DNA from: Octopus vulgaris
Lineage: Eukaryota
Direction of reading: 5' to 3'
Length of the DNA stretch: 64,000 nucleotides
NCBI GenBank assembly: GCA_951406725.2
Contig: OX597817.1
Coordinates: 32,364,001 to 32,428,000, forward strand
Shown: piece after piece, positions 1 to 11,869 of the stretch
How the letters are laid out: the number at the start of each line of letters is the position of its first letter
Position numbering within the stretch: position 1 is the stretch's first letter
Program-made: the position numbers and the translations under genes
The notes under the pieces: generated by a model
The model's database searches: none
What the model saw: only the letters and a program-made list of their open reading frames with translations
Told to the model about the DNA's origin: nothing

Positions 1-43
1 TAGGGGCTCTTACATACCCGGGCAACGCCGGGTTATGCTGCTA

Positions 44-44
<1 letters not shown>
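1..44 (+). mobile_element. 3' end of a non-autonomous Helitron (truncated by window edge)
   Basis: Subterminal hairpin cccgggcaacgccggg followed by CTAG|T; same terminus as 830-1201. Confidence 0.7.
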
Positions 45-94
<50 letters not shown>

Positions 95-99
95 TAAAA

Positions 100-490
100 C
101 TCTGTAGTTAAGAAACTTGCTTCCCAACCTCTTGGTTTTGGGATCAGTTCTACTGAGTGTCACTTTGGGCCCATGTGTTCTATGCTGATTGTTGTCTTGG
201 GAGTAAATCTGGTTGATGGAACCTGAAAGAAGCCTTTTGTGTCTATGAGTTGGTGTCTCCTTGTCTTGATATCATGTGATTGTTGTAAAAAAAGTGTCCT
301 TCATTTCCAAGCTTCCATGAAACCATGTCCAGCCATGGGGGGAAATTATCTTGCTTGGAAATCCATGAATGTTGGCAACAGGAGAGTCATCCAGCCGTGG
401 AAAATCTGCCTCAACAAATTCCATCTGACCCATCCAAGCATGGTAAACTGAATGTTTAAATGATGATGGTGATGACGATGACAAGGATGA
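100..490 (+). mobile_element. tRNA-headed SINE with RTE-like (GAT)n tail (family 1b); further copies about 27699-28105 (+), 52228-52585 (+) and partial 44770-45035
   Basis: Degenerate head like family 1, then gttggcaacagga..catccagc..gaaaatctgcctcaa..caagcatgg..aaatgatgatg tail shared among the copies. Confidence 0.7.
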
Positions 491-661
491 TGTTAGAAAA
501 TTTTTTTCTCTTACACCAAATATGACAACAGGGATGAGGAAAATGTAAGAAAATTTGATTTTTTTTTCTCTTTCACTAAATACAGTCCTCACCCTTAAAT
601 ATACTGATACAAAACAATGAATAAATTATTTTCTGCTTATTGATAAATTTAGCTATTATAA

Positions 662-1425
662 ACGCGGGAGTGGCTGTGTGGTAAGTAGCTTGCTAACCAA
701 CCACATTGTTCCAGGTTCAGTCCCACTGCGTGGCATCTTGGGCAAGTGTCTTCTGCTATAGCCCCGGGCCGACCAATGCCTTGTGAGTGGATTTGGTAGA
801 CGGAAACTGAAAGAAGCCCGTCGTATATATCTCTCTATATATAAACGGCAGTTTGTCTGTGTGTGTTTCTGTGTGTCTGTTAGGTTGTACCCTCACCCTA
901 ACTATGGCTTTCAACCGATTCTGATGAAACTTGACACACACATAGCCCAATGTCATAATTCAAAACTAACGCAGCGAAAATTTTGAAAAGTTCCCCCAGT
1001 TCTGAAAAAAATCGATAAATTCGACATGGGTCGAGAATCAGAAACACAAACCACAGACTGTCTAGGGGACGCAACTCGACCTTTTTAACTAAAAAAAAAA
1101 ATTTACCATAATTTTTTTTCCATTCTTTGGCTATAACTCTCTAAAAATGCTTTATAGTTATTTCCCTTACAAACCCGAGCAACGCCGGGCGATACTGCTA
1201 GTATATGTATATATATGTGTTTGTGTGTCTGTGTTTGTCCCCCCAACATCGCTTGACAACCGATGCTGGTGTGTTTATGTCCCTGTCACTTAGCGGTTCG
1301 GCAAAAGAGACCGACAGAATAAGTACTGGGCTTACAAAGAATAAGTCCTGGGGTCGATTTGCTCGACTAAAGGTGGTGCTCCAGCATGGCCGCAGTCAAA
1401 TGACTGAAACAAGTAAAAGAGTAAA
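662..1425 (+). mobile_element. Family-1 tRNA-derived CORE-type SINE (about 400 bp), split by a Helitron at 830-1201
   Basis: A-box-like tggctgtgtgg, B-box-like ggttcagtccc, CORE-like ccttgggcaagtgtctt, internal (TA/TG)n and tail aaatgactgaaacaagtaaaagag. More than 15 copies in the window. Confidence 0.9.
830..1201 (+). mobile_element. Non-autonomous Helitron
   Basis: Begins A|TC(TCTCTATATATAAA), has subterminal hairpin cccgagcaacgccggg and ends CTAG|T. No TSD, and the host SINE rejoins perfectly when it is removed. Confidence 0.85.
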
Positions 1426-2018
1426 GAATATAGGAGTTTAATTTCTTAGCCATCACTCATATTCAAGTATGACTCGGTAGCAGAAAAGATTTTCCTTCTC
1501 ATGCACCAAACTTTCACTCTTATTTTAGGTGCCCTTGCAGTCATGAGCAAGCACAGGCACTTTCTTTGTCTCAGCAAAATATCAAAGAAGTGGCAGCTTG
1601 AGGGAGAAGGCTGCAACAATCTTACTCACAGACAGAAGCAGGTGAATTCGAAAGCAGCTTTTATCTGCCTTGTCACAGCACTGTCATATGGCATATACCA
1701 TTTTTTGTCATTGCTGTTTTTTTTTTTTATATATATAGATCCACTATTAGGTCACTGCACCCTAGTGAATGCTGCTACAGCTTGTTTGCAACTGCTTATT
1801 AGCCGATCATCAAGCTGGCTTATTCACAGCTAACCTCTATATATTTCTAAAGACCATTCTACTATCTGCCACTTATGGAAGTGTTGTATAGCAATACAGC
1901 TTCACCAAGGATGTAAGGTTAATACTAGGTTTATTATTATACTCATACATATACATAAATATTTATGCATGCATACATACATACATACATACATACATAC
2001 GTACATGCATATATAATA

Positions 2019-2050
<32 letters not shown>

Positions 2051-2051
2051 C

Positions 2052-2343
2052 CGACCAGACTATCAGATGTTGCTACACATCGCTGGTCACAATGCGCTTC
2101 GCCTTGTTTTAGCCTTCAAATGACGCCACCCCGCTGGCTAAGCGAGCAGGCCAACAGAAGAAAGAGTGAGAGAAAGTTGTGGCGAAAGAGTACGGTAGGG
2201 TTCGCCACCACCCCCTGCCAGAGCCCCGTGGAGCTTTAGGTGTTTTCACTCAATAAACACTCACAACGCCCAGTCTGGGAATCGAAACCGCGATCCTACA
2301 ACCACGAGTCCGCTACCCTAACCACTGGGCCATTGCGCCTCCA
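2052..2343 (-). mobile_element. Family-4 tRNA-derived SINE; related copies 21443-21752 (+) and 15140-15318 (-, partial)
   Basis: Head ggaggcgcaatggcccagtggttagggtagcggactcg...ggtttcgattcc (A/B boxes); body cacctaaagctccacg...acaactttctctcactctttc shared between copies. Confidence 0.8.
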
Positions 2344-3276
2344 CATGGGCATGGCTGTGTGATTAGGGAGCTTGCTTCCTAACTACATGGTTTCAGGTTC
2401 AGTCCCACTGTGTGACACTTTGGGTAGGTGTCTTCCGCTATAGCCCCAAGCCGACTGGAGCTTTGTGATTGAATTCGGTAGACGGGAGTTATTGCCGTGT
2501 GTGTATGTCTGCGTATAGCTGCTCAGTGCCTCTCCGAAAGAGAGAGAGGGATATATAAATATATATATATACAAACACACACACACATATATAAATATGT
2601 GTATCTATATATATACATATTTATATACATATTCATGTTCATATATTTGTGTGTGTGTACATAATAAACATGTGTGTATGTAATTTAGTTCTTACAAACT
2701 ATAGCAGGCACAAAGTGAGATAAGTTAGAAATCTTGCCTATTTTTAGTGGTACCCTACAATGAAGGTCCTTAAAATAAAGAGTAGCTTTTAACCTAAGAA
2801 TGTTCCTGTCATGACTAAAGTCTTAATGATAGAAACTGGTACTTATAGAACCTTCCCAAATTAATATAACATATATTTAGTGTAAGTATTTTTATTAATA
2901 GTATTAAAACAGCTGAGATCAGAACTATTTAAATAGATTCTCTTGGATCATGTATTTATATCATGCTGCAGATGTTTACCAGTTTCTCTTAACAAGGCAT
3001 GCCTTAGGTTTTCTGTCTACAGAATGGTTATGAAGCTTTCTGAGAAACATGTGTCAAAGTAGTGCCTTCTTGAGAGAGAAGCTTGTTTCCTCCATTCAAT
3101 TCCACAAAAACCATTGGGAGAAGCATTTGTTTTCTTTGTCTTATCTAGTTTGTAAAAAAGATTTATTTTAAACTTACACAACCTTTGGCAAAGGTGATAG
3201 AACATCACACAAAATATTTTGTAGTATTTCTGAGTTCAAACACCATCCATTTTTGATGTGATTTGACTTTCATTCT

Positions 3277-4063
3277 ATAATAATATAATAATGAAATTAT
3301 TGTATACAGTGCTCAGGTGCACCACAACTTGTCGAAACTGCATATAAAGCATATGCAGTAATGTAAAAATGTCTGGAAAGTGAACAGTGTATGAGTCAGA
3401 TACATGCTTGTGTGTGTATGGAGAGGAGAAAATCAGGTGTAGTGTTGGTGAATCTCAAGAAGCATGGAAGTTTTGAAGGATGCAGTGCTCCAATAACTAA
3501 CAACTGATGCTGGCAGTTTGTTCCATACTTCAGCAACTCTTAGCGAGAAAAAATGTTTCCGAAAGTCATGGGAGCTGTGCTGTTTTCTGACTTTGTAAAC
3601 ATGTCCACGGGTGTTAGACAGGTGGAGTTTGAAAAGGTGCTCAGAGTTATTGTTAGTAAAATGGTTAATAATTTTATGGGTGTCTGCCAAGTTAGCTGCC
3701 AGACATCAGTGTTTTAATGTATCCATGCCCAGGGAAGTAAGGCGTTCAGAATATGGCAAATGCCTGATGGAGGGTATTCTCTTGGTTGCATGTCGCTGAA
3801 CGGTTTCCAGATGATTAATATCCTGGGCAAGATAGGGATTCCAGACTGGTGATGCAAATTCCAGGTGAGGCTGCACCATAGCTATATAAAGCCTCAGATA
3901 GATAGCTGGAGAGCGGCTCACAAAGGATTTGGTGAGTGATGCCAAGACACCTTCAGCCTTCTTGGAAATTTTAGCAATGTGTTTTGTCCAACGCAAATCG
4001 CTGTCGACAATAATGCCCAGGTCACGTTCACAAGAAGACTTTTTGAGATTAGTGTTGTGGAGG
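3277..4063 (-). mobile_element. 5'-truncated CR1-type LINE (C-terminal ORF2 + 3'UTR + (ATT)n tail)
   Basis: ORFs 3706..3996 and 3433..3690 give LYIAMVQPHLEFASPVWNPY..LETVQRHATK..LPYSERL..LG and TRGH.YK....RKHFFSLRV..WNKLP, the typical CR1-clade RT C-terminus. Disrupted by a stop. Confidence 0.9.
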
Positions 4064-4146
4064 GTTTTTCCTCCCAGAATGCTTCAAATTCAATAGAATA
4101 AGTTCACAATCTGTAAGTCCTGGAGTCAATATTACAGTATCGGTAA

Positions 4147-4360
4147 AGGCAGCGAGCTGACAGAATCATTAGCATGCCAGGCAAAATGCTTAGCAGCATT
4201 TCATCTGACTTTACATCCTGAGTTCAAATTCTGCCAAGGTTAACTTTGCCTTTCATCCTTTCAGGATGGAGAATTAAGGTCAATGATTACATTAACCCTA
4301 GTTCTCAACTTACTCACTCCCTCGAACTTGCTGGCCTAGTGCCAAAATTTGAAATCAATT
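4147..4360 (+). mobile_element. Family-2 SINE (diverged)
   Basis: Head ggcagcgagctgacagaatcattagc..ctgagttcaaattc plus central ctttgcctttcatcctttc. Confidence 0.75.
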
Positions 4361-4524
4361 TAATAGTATCAGCAAATTATTTTTGTAGTTGCTCAAATTT
4401 ATAAGATGCTAACACAGTCAGACAAATTGATAACTTCTCCTTGGCCATTCAATTCTTTAGGAATGGCACCTAAATCACCTTCAAAATAAAAAGACAGGAT
4501 TTTATTCTTTCTTCTTATTCTTTT

Positions 4525-4870
4525 CTTTTATTTGTTTCAGTCATTTGACTACAGCCATGTTGGGGCACCGCTTTTAGTCAAGCAAATCGACCCCAGGACT
4601 TATTCTTTGTAAGCCTAGTACATATTCTATTGGTTTCTCTTGCCGAACTGCTAAGTGACAGGGACGTAAACACACCAGCTTCAGTTGTCAAGCGATGTTG
4701 GGGGACTAACACAGACACACATATATATATACGACAGGCTTCTTTCAGTTTCCGTCTACCAAATCCACTCACAAGGCTTTGTCGGCCCGAGGCTATAGTA
4801 GAAGACACTTGCCCAAGGTGCCACACACTGGGACCTGAACACGGAACCATGTGGTTGGTAAGCAAGCTAC
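4525..4870 (-). mobile_element. Family-1 SINE
   Basis: Reverse complement of the 662-1425 consensus. Confidence 0.9.
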
Positions 4871-5659
4871 GTTCATGTAAAAAAAACATTTTTGGTTATA
4901 TGTTTGCTGATTAGAGCATACCTCAGGTTAAACTACAAATTATCCTGCAATTACTCAAAGAATTAGGTATCCTTTTTCTAAATCATGAGCCCCTAAATTA
5001 CTACATCAAACATCCAATGTGTGCCTCAGCACATTTCCAAGTCACATTTTCCTGTTTATTCTTTTATTTGTTTGTCATTTGACTGGAGCACAATTTTTAG
5101 TCGAAAAAATCAACCCCAGGTCTTATTCTTTGTAATCCTTATACTTAATCTGTCAGTCCCTTATGCACATGCGCAGTAATCAGTAGCAGCTAGCTTTTAC
5201 CGTTATTCTTCCTTTTTGGTTCCTGCTGCCAACAGAACCAGACGCGACCAGACAAGCTCCGAGTGAAAGCGAAATACGACTTGGCGAGCTGTAAAGAATG
5301 CCTTCAACAATTGTGATTTAAACCAACTGTTGTTTCCAGCCCCAGGCGTCCAGGCTACCGATGTCCAAAGATGAAATGCTTACTATGGCGAAAATATATT
5401 ATTATTGTTATTTGTTCGGAGATTTGTGTTCCTGCTATTTTTCCTTTCTACAACTATGTAAGGAAATGTGAGGCACCCAACAAGTGCCAATATCACATCC
5501 TCCTACGCATCTATAACAATTACATCATCTATGGTAGAATCAGTAGCTTTCTCAATGCAGCTAGATTTACCTGTGGTTATAGAATAGGTTTATAAGCAAA
5601 ACGTTCTCATAAAATCCTTCATTCTGCAATTCTATAAAGATTTTTGCTTTAATATCCAT

Positions 5660-5810
5660 GGAGTTGTTGGCGTTAGGAAGGGCATCCAGCTGTAGAAACA
5701 CTGCCATATAAGACTGGAGCCTGGTGCAGCCTTCTGGCCTCCCAGATCCCCGGTCGAACCGTCCAACCCATGCTAGCATGGAGAACGGACGTTAAACGAT
5801 GATGATGATG
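5660..5810 (+). mobile_element. Family-3 RTE-related repeat, 3' part with (GAT)n tail; similar short copies about 10455-10605 (+), 14050-14243 (+), 14467-14712 (-), 24380-24510 (-), 41085-41308 (-), 43290-43460 (+)
   Basis: gttggcgttaggaagggcatccagctgtagaaac...ccaacccatgctagcatgg..aacggacgttaaacgatgatg. Confidence 0.85.
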
Positions 5811-6821
5811 CTTCAATGTCCAAGTCAGTGATTAATCCTTGAATTTCCACTTCTCAATGGATGGATGATTTTTGCTTCACATGTATAGCAAGGAAAGACA
5901 CACAAGCTAGATATTGGAAAGACCAGTTTGGTTGTTGGACCATTCCCAGAGCTCGTCCATCATAGAATCATAGTGTCCCTTTTTTGGTACCAGGATTGTC
6001 CAGAAATTAGTGGTGCAGATAGAAATATTTACGACATTCAATCCATTGATTTTGAAAATAGTCTCATGTTTAGTACCTATATGGCACGTGTGATTCACAA
6101 AGTATTTATCCTGTCTATCCATCCATACAGTTCAAAAGATGTCTAAGTATAGAGTGTCCGTTAGACAGATTAACTATAATAAAGCGCTTTTCTAAGTATT
6201 ATATATGTGTATATGCAAATCTATGCACGTGTATTTGTGGTGAAATATGTTACAGTATATGCTGGAATTGAAGTTTATTTATGGAATATACATAAATGAA
6301 TTTTATAGAGTCAAGACATATATTTATTGATACGTGTATATATGTTCGAGAAGAGAGCTGAGGGGGATTATAAGTCAGTGACAATCACATATCTTAAACT
6401 ATTTAAATCAGTACTTCTCAGACAAATACCGACCGCCACTTGCAATATTGAAAAATTCTTCATAACAACTTCCAACTATTGGGTAACTATTTCGTTTCTG
6501 GCGAAATTAACAGTAATACATTTGAAATACTGTAGAAGTAGTAAGGTTAACCAGAAATTGAACCTGCGAACTGGATTTTTGATCGTTCGTATTTGCCAAG
6601 AAGCTGATGGAAATTCAAGGGACCGAACTCTGGTTTTACAATAATCTTTGAAAGTTATTTCCCTTGTTCCATTGATATTTGTCATTCCTTGGTTATATCG
6701 TTTTCATTATTGTAATAACATGAAATTAGTAAAATATTAGCTTTTCTAATACGATTTTTTCAGTATATATTCTGAATGTATTCGTTGTGTTAAACCATAT
6801 CTTCAAAGATTTTTCCGCCTT

Positions 6822-7108
6822 GAAACATTTTTTCACGCTAAGAGTTGCTGAAGCATGGAACAAACTGCCAGCATCAGTTAGTTGTTAATTGTCGGAGCAC
6901 AGCATCCTTCAAAACTTCCATGCTTCCTGAGATTCGCCAACATTACACCTCATTTTCTCCCCTCCATACACATGCAAGCATGTATCTGACTCATACACTG
7001 TTCACTTTCCAGACATTTGTACATTACTGCATATGCTTTATACGCACTTTTGACAAGTTGTTGTGCACCTGAGCACTGTATACAATAATTTCATTATTAT
7101 TATTATTA
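6822..7108 (+). mobile_element. CR1-type LINE 3' end
   Basis: Near-identical to the 3' part of 3277-4063; (ATT)n tail. Confidence 0.9.
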
Positions 7109-7679
7109 TGAATATTTTGAACATTTTTTTTTAATAATCACGAGTGAAACCATGTTCGAACATCGCCTTTTTAGTTGTATGTTCTAGGTCTCTTGTGACT
7201 TCTCTACGTATATTCAGGGCTCCAATGTTTTTGTTGGATGCATCTGTTGGTGGTGGAGGTTCCGAGTGTTTTGGTTTTAGTTTTTTGTTATAATGGTCAG
7301 ACAACCGATAGGTACAGAGACGGTGATGTTCTTGCTAGATGTAGTATTTGGAGGTGAAAAGTAGATTAAGGGCAGGTACTTAGAGTGTATGTGTGTCATT
7401 CAAAAAATCGTGTTTGGCTACAGTTCCTAAATATATTTTGATGCAGAAGCCATAATACAATTTTCTTAATAATTGTGGAACCTGTAACTCTATTTTACAA
7501 ACTATCCTTGCAATCCTAATTTTAATTAAGGCATTAAATGAAACAAAAATGTTTTAGGAAGAGAATTTATTCATATAAAAATAGCTATAACTTATCATTT
7601 TGAAAATAATGAATAATATTTGTTTTATTAAGTAAATTTTTATTATATTTTATTAAAAGACGCTTTAGCTCATGGAAAC

Positions 7680-8078
7680 TCTTTACTCTTTTACATGTTT
7701 CAGTCATTTGACTGTGGCCATGCTGGAGCAACACCTTTAGTTGAGCAAATCGACCCCAGGACTTATTCTTTGTAAGCCTAGTACTTATTCTATCGGTCTC
7801 TTTTGCTGAACCACTAAATTATGGGGATGTAAACACACCAGCATCGGTTGTCAAGCGATGTTGGGAGAACAGATACAGATACACAAGCATACATACATAT
7901 ATATATAAACATATATACGACGGGCTTCTTTCAGTTTCCGTCTACTAAATCCACTCGCAAGGCTTTGGTCAGCCCGAGGCTATAATAGAAGACACCTGCC
8001 CAAGGTGCCATGCAGTGGGACTGAACCCGAAACCATGTGGTTGGTAAGCAAGCTACTTACCACACAGCCACTCCTATA
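7680..8078 (-). mobile_element. Family-1 SINE, full length
   Basis: Matches the family-1 consensus head to tail. Confidence 0.9.
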
Positions 8079-8388
8079 CCTATGAACCCAGAATTTTTTC
8101 TTAGAACTAGCAATAGCAGCATCTATGGTGGATGCATGAGAGTCAAAAGGAGTTATGAGCATTGAATGACAACTTCAGAGACAGGTAAAGTTAAAAAGGT
8201 GTCATCAATGCAGGAATATATATTACTAAAAGATTGATAGCGGTTGGAGGAGAGTAGCTGAGGGAGCACGTATTGGAAGATTTCATTGCTAATATCCAGA
8301 TGATGGAGAATGGAGAACCTATATCTGCTAGGTTGTCAATGATAGCTTAAAAACATTTTGATATTGATATAATTTATATATAAATATA

Positions 8389-9646
8389 CTAGTGGGACCC
8401 ATGCATATTTCACGGAATTAATGGCAAACCTATTGGATTGATTCTGAAAACTCTATCCAAAAACCCGAAAGCATGGCCAGTGTTGTGTTTGTATGGAAAG
8501 ATAGGTGCTTGTCTACAACTCATTGAAAAGTGAAAGAAATTGGAATATGATGATTACTTAATGCATTTTATATATACACTTTATATATTTTATACACAAT
8601 TTTATAGATTTAATGCACAACACTGATAAAATAAATATTTACTCTTATTTTTCCATAAAGAAAAAATATATCTCATACATATGATACAACCTTTAGTTAA
8701 ATTGCATACATCTGCCACATAAATAAGCGTGAATATTTCACCGAATTGCACTTATGTGCATGCATTAAGTGATGGGTGATATAAAAAACTTATTTCAATT
8801 TTTTTAAAAATACACTTTCCACTATCCAATCACCACAGCCACCACCACCACCATCTCTCTCTCTCTCTCTGCCTTTCTTTAACCTCACCATCAGAACATC
8901 ACCCCTCCACCTCTGCTACAATTATATTTTTAACTCGCCTCTACCTTCATCTTTCTTAATCATGTAATAAATATTACATTCCCCCTACCTCACGTCAAGA
9001 ATGCTTCTCTCTCCCACTTTTTCTTTTTTCCTTTTTCTGCCTCACTCTCTCTCTCTTTTCTCTTTTACTTGTTTCAGTCATTTGACTGCGGCCATGCTGG
9101 AGCACCGCCTTTAGTCGATCAAATCGACCCCGGGACTTATACTTTGTAAGCACAGTACTTATTCTATCGGTCTCTTTTGCCAAACCGCTAAGTCACGGGG
9201 ACGTAAACACACCAGCATCGGTTGTCAAGCAATGCTAGGGGGACAAACACAGACACACACATATATATATATTTACATATATACGACAGGCTTCTTTCAG
9301 TTTCCGTCTACCAAATCCACTCACAAGGCATTGGTCAGCCCGGGGCTATAGCAGAAGAAACTTGCCCAAGATGCCACACAGTGGGACTGAACCCGCAACC
9401 ATGTGGTTGGTTAGCAAGCTACTTACCACACAGCCACTCCTGCGCCTTATCCTCTTTTTCTCTCTCCTTTTCCTTTCTCCTCTCTTTCCCTTCAATTGAT
9501 CACATGAAAGCGTTACAATTACATTCCATCTACCTCACATCATGGACACTTCTCTCCCTCTTTTTCTCCCTTTCTCTTTTTCTCTAATCATGTGAAAGCA
9601 TTACCGACATGCTAAGTAACACAATGACAATCAGAATTATTATAGA
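8389..9646 (-). mobile_element. Probable older Helitron (different family) containing a family-1 SINE at about 9055-9445
   Basis: Minus-strand 3' CTAG|T at 8389-8392 with imperfect hairpin (plus strand cccatgcatatttcacgg); 5' TCTATAATAATT at 9646. Confidence 0.5.
9055..9445 (-). mobile_element. Family-1 SINE, full length
   Basis: Matches consensus. Confidence 0.9.
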
Positions 9647-10038
9647 CTAGCAGTATCGCCCGGCGTTGCTCGGGTTTGTAAGGAAATAACTATATAAGCA
9701 TTTTTAGAGAGTTATAGCCAAAAAATAGCAAAAAAATGCATTAAAAATGGGAAAAAAATTATGGTAAATTTTTTTTTAAATCGTTGACTCATCGTAGACA
9801 TTTTTAGAGAGTTACTTCCCTTATATAATAGCGAAAAAATGCATTAAAAGGGAAAAAAATTATGGTAAATTTTTTTTTAAATCGTAGACTCATCGTAGAC
9901 GCGCGCTAATACCCAGAAGGGCTCGATATGAATCACGACTATAAAGATACCCGGTTAAACTGCACCGCAAAATGTGGGAGTAGTTAGGAATCTAAATTGT
10001 AGGAGACAGACACACAACCTCTCTTTTATATATAAAGA
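9647..10038 (-). mobile_element. Non-autonomous Helitron
   Basis: Plus strand ctagcagtatcgcccggcgttgctcggg (reverse complement of the 830-1201 3' end) ... tatatataaaga|t. Internal duplicated segment at about 9690-9900. Confidence 0.85.
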
Positions 10039-10084
10039 TTATAAAAAGACAAGGTCAATCACTAAATAAAGCCAAAAAAAATCC

Positions 10085-10440
10085 ACTAGTTATATGACAT
10101 GATCCCAGCCAGTTCCAAATATAGAGAAAGGACTCAGCAGTGTGTCTATTAATGATTTTATGCCAATCAGTCAGGTTTCTTGGTAACATCCCAAATGTGA
10201 GAGTAATACTCAATCGTGTGCTTCACCTGAGTTTTGTTGAGTATCAATTGTTGAGAAACAAAATATCTTCTGACCCTGAAACAAAGAGCCAATCATTGAG
10301 ATACATTTCTAGCAATGTTATGAGGGTGCTTTCAGCAGGATAGATCCTTGGTGAAAGCAAGATCCAACAACTGGATGATTTTGAGGGCTCTGTATTAAAA
10401 CTGCTCATAATTAAAAAGAATGTGGTACAATTTTTTTCTT
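10085..10440 (+). pseudogene. Highly decayed mariner-like transposase fragment
   Basis: ORF 10140..10343 contains DPETKSQS...VLSAG, resembling mariner YDPETK.QS...SAGKVM; multiple disruptions. Confidence 0.4.
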
Positions 10441-10951
10441 GATATGAGTAACAGTTGAGTGGTTGGCGTTAGGAAGGGCATCCAGCAGTAGAAACTCTAC
10501 AAAATTAAGATTGGGGCCTGGTGCAGCCATCTGGTTCACCAGCCCTCAATCAAAATCGTCCAACCCATGCTAGCATAGAAAGCGGATGTTAAACGACGAC
10601 GACGATGGAGACATGGTTGGTAAATCTGGAGTGATGCTTTTGTGAATCTACATAACCAAAAGAGTCTTCTTTTTCTAATACTGTGGTGTGATTTGAGGGA
10701 GATTTGACTGTTCAAGCAGATTAAATGTTTGTTTTAGAAGCTCCTTCATTGGCTTGTAAAATTCCAAATTATCAAGGTAAGCTGAAATGAGAAATCATAA
10801 CCATTTTTTCTTTTCTAAAGATATTAACAGCATAATGGAGCAAAAGGGTTCCACAACACATTGAAAAAGACCTTGTGTCAGAGTTGGTTTGCTAACAGAA
10901 TAACAATAATAAAAAATTTTAAAAAGACTACAAAGGATTGATATATACATA

Positions 10952-11187
10952 CAGGGTGGCCCAAAAGTAGGCTTACAGTTATCACATAGGCACTTTAAAT
11001 TTCTTTTAAAACATTTTATTATATTTAAATTTCTATCTTACAAATTGAAAAGGGGCCTTGACAAAATTAACTAAATTAGCATAGAATAATGGTTTCATAT
11101 TTTTTTTATAATTAAGATCTAAACCGTCAATATATGAATGCAAAAGAGATAGTTGTATAACTGTAAACCTACATTTGGGCCACCCTG
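10952..11187. mobile_element. Tc1/mariner-type MITE
   Basis: About 29-bp TIRs cagggtggcccaaaagtaggcttacagtt / aactgtaaacctacatttgggccaccctg, flanked by TA on both sides. Confidence 0.85.
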
Positions 11188-11461
11188 TATATAAGGAAAA
11201 AGGAAATTATTACAATGACATTTGCAGTATGGAGCAGCTTCCTTTCCCCAACCACCCTACTTGCTAGCAATGAAGAAAACTGAGGAGCAGAAACACATGG
11301 AGCAGTATATCTGGTAAGAAATCTAAGAAAAAAATTCTTCAAGCTGTCACCACAAGTGGCCAGCTTGTTTGCTTTATCTTTATTATTATGTCAAATATAT
11401 CTGTCATGTTTTTGTTCACTTGACTGTCATACTTTTCTTTCCTTTCATTTTTTCTACGCAT

Positions 11462-11860
11462 AGGCGCAGGAGTGGCTGTGTGGTAAGTAGCTTGCTTACC
11501 AACCACATGGTTTAGGGTTCAGTCCCACTGCATGGCACCTTGGGCAAGTGTGTCTTCTACTATAGCCTCGGGCCGACCAAAGCCTTGTGAGTGGATTTGG
11601 TAGATGGAAACTGAAAGAAGCCCGTCGTATATATGTATATATATATATGTATGTGTGTATGTTTGTATGTCTGTGTTTGTCCCCCCAACATTGCTTGACA
11701 ACCGATGCTGGTGTGCTTGCGTCCCCGTAACTTAGCGGTTCAGCAAAAGAGACCGATAGAGTAAGTACTAGGCTTAGAAAGAATAAGTCCTGGGGTCGAT
11801 TTGCTTGACTAAAGGTGGTGCTCCAGCATGGCCGCAGTCAAATGACTGAAACAAGTAAAA
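11462..11860 (+). mobile_element. Family-1 SINE, full length
   Basis: Matches consensus. Confidence 0.9.
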
Positions 11861-11869
11861 AAAAAATAC

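Noticed and set aside
2270-2343. tRNA-like sequences (also at 21445, 32850, 63930 and in family-1 heads)
   Set aside because: They are A/B-box heads continuous with SINE bodies; no convincing complete cloverleaf.
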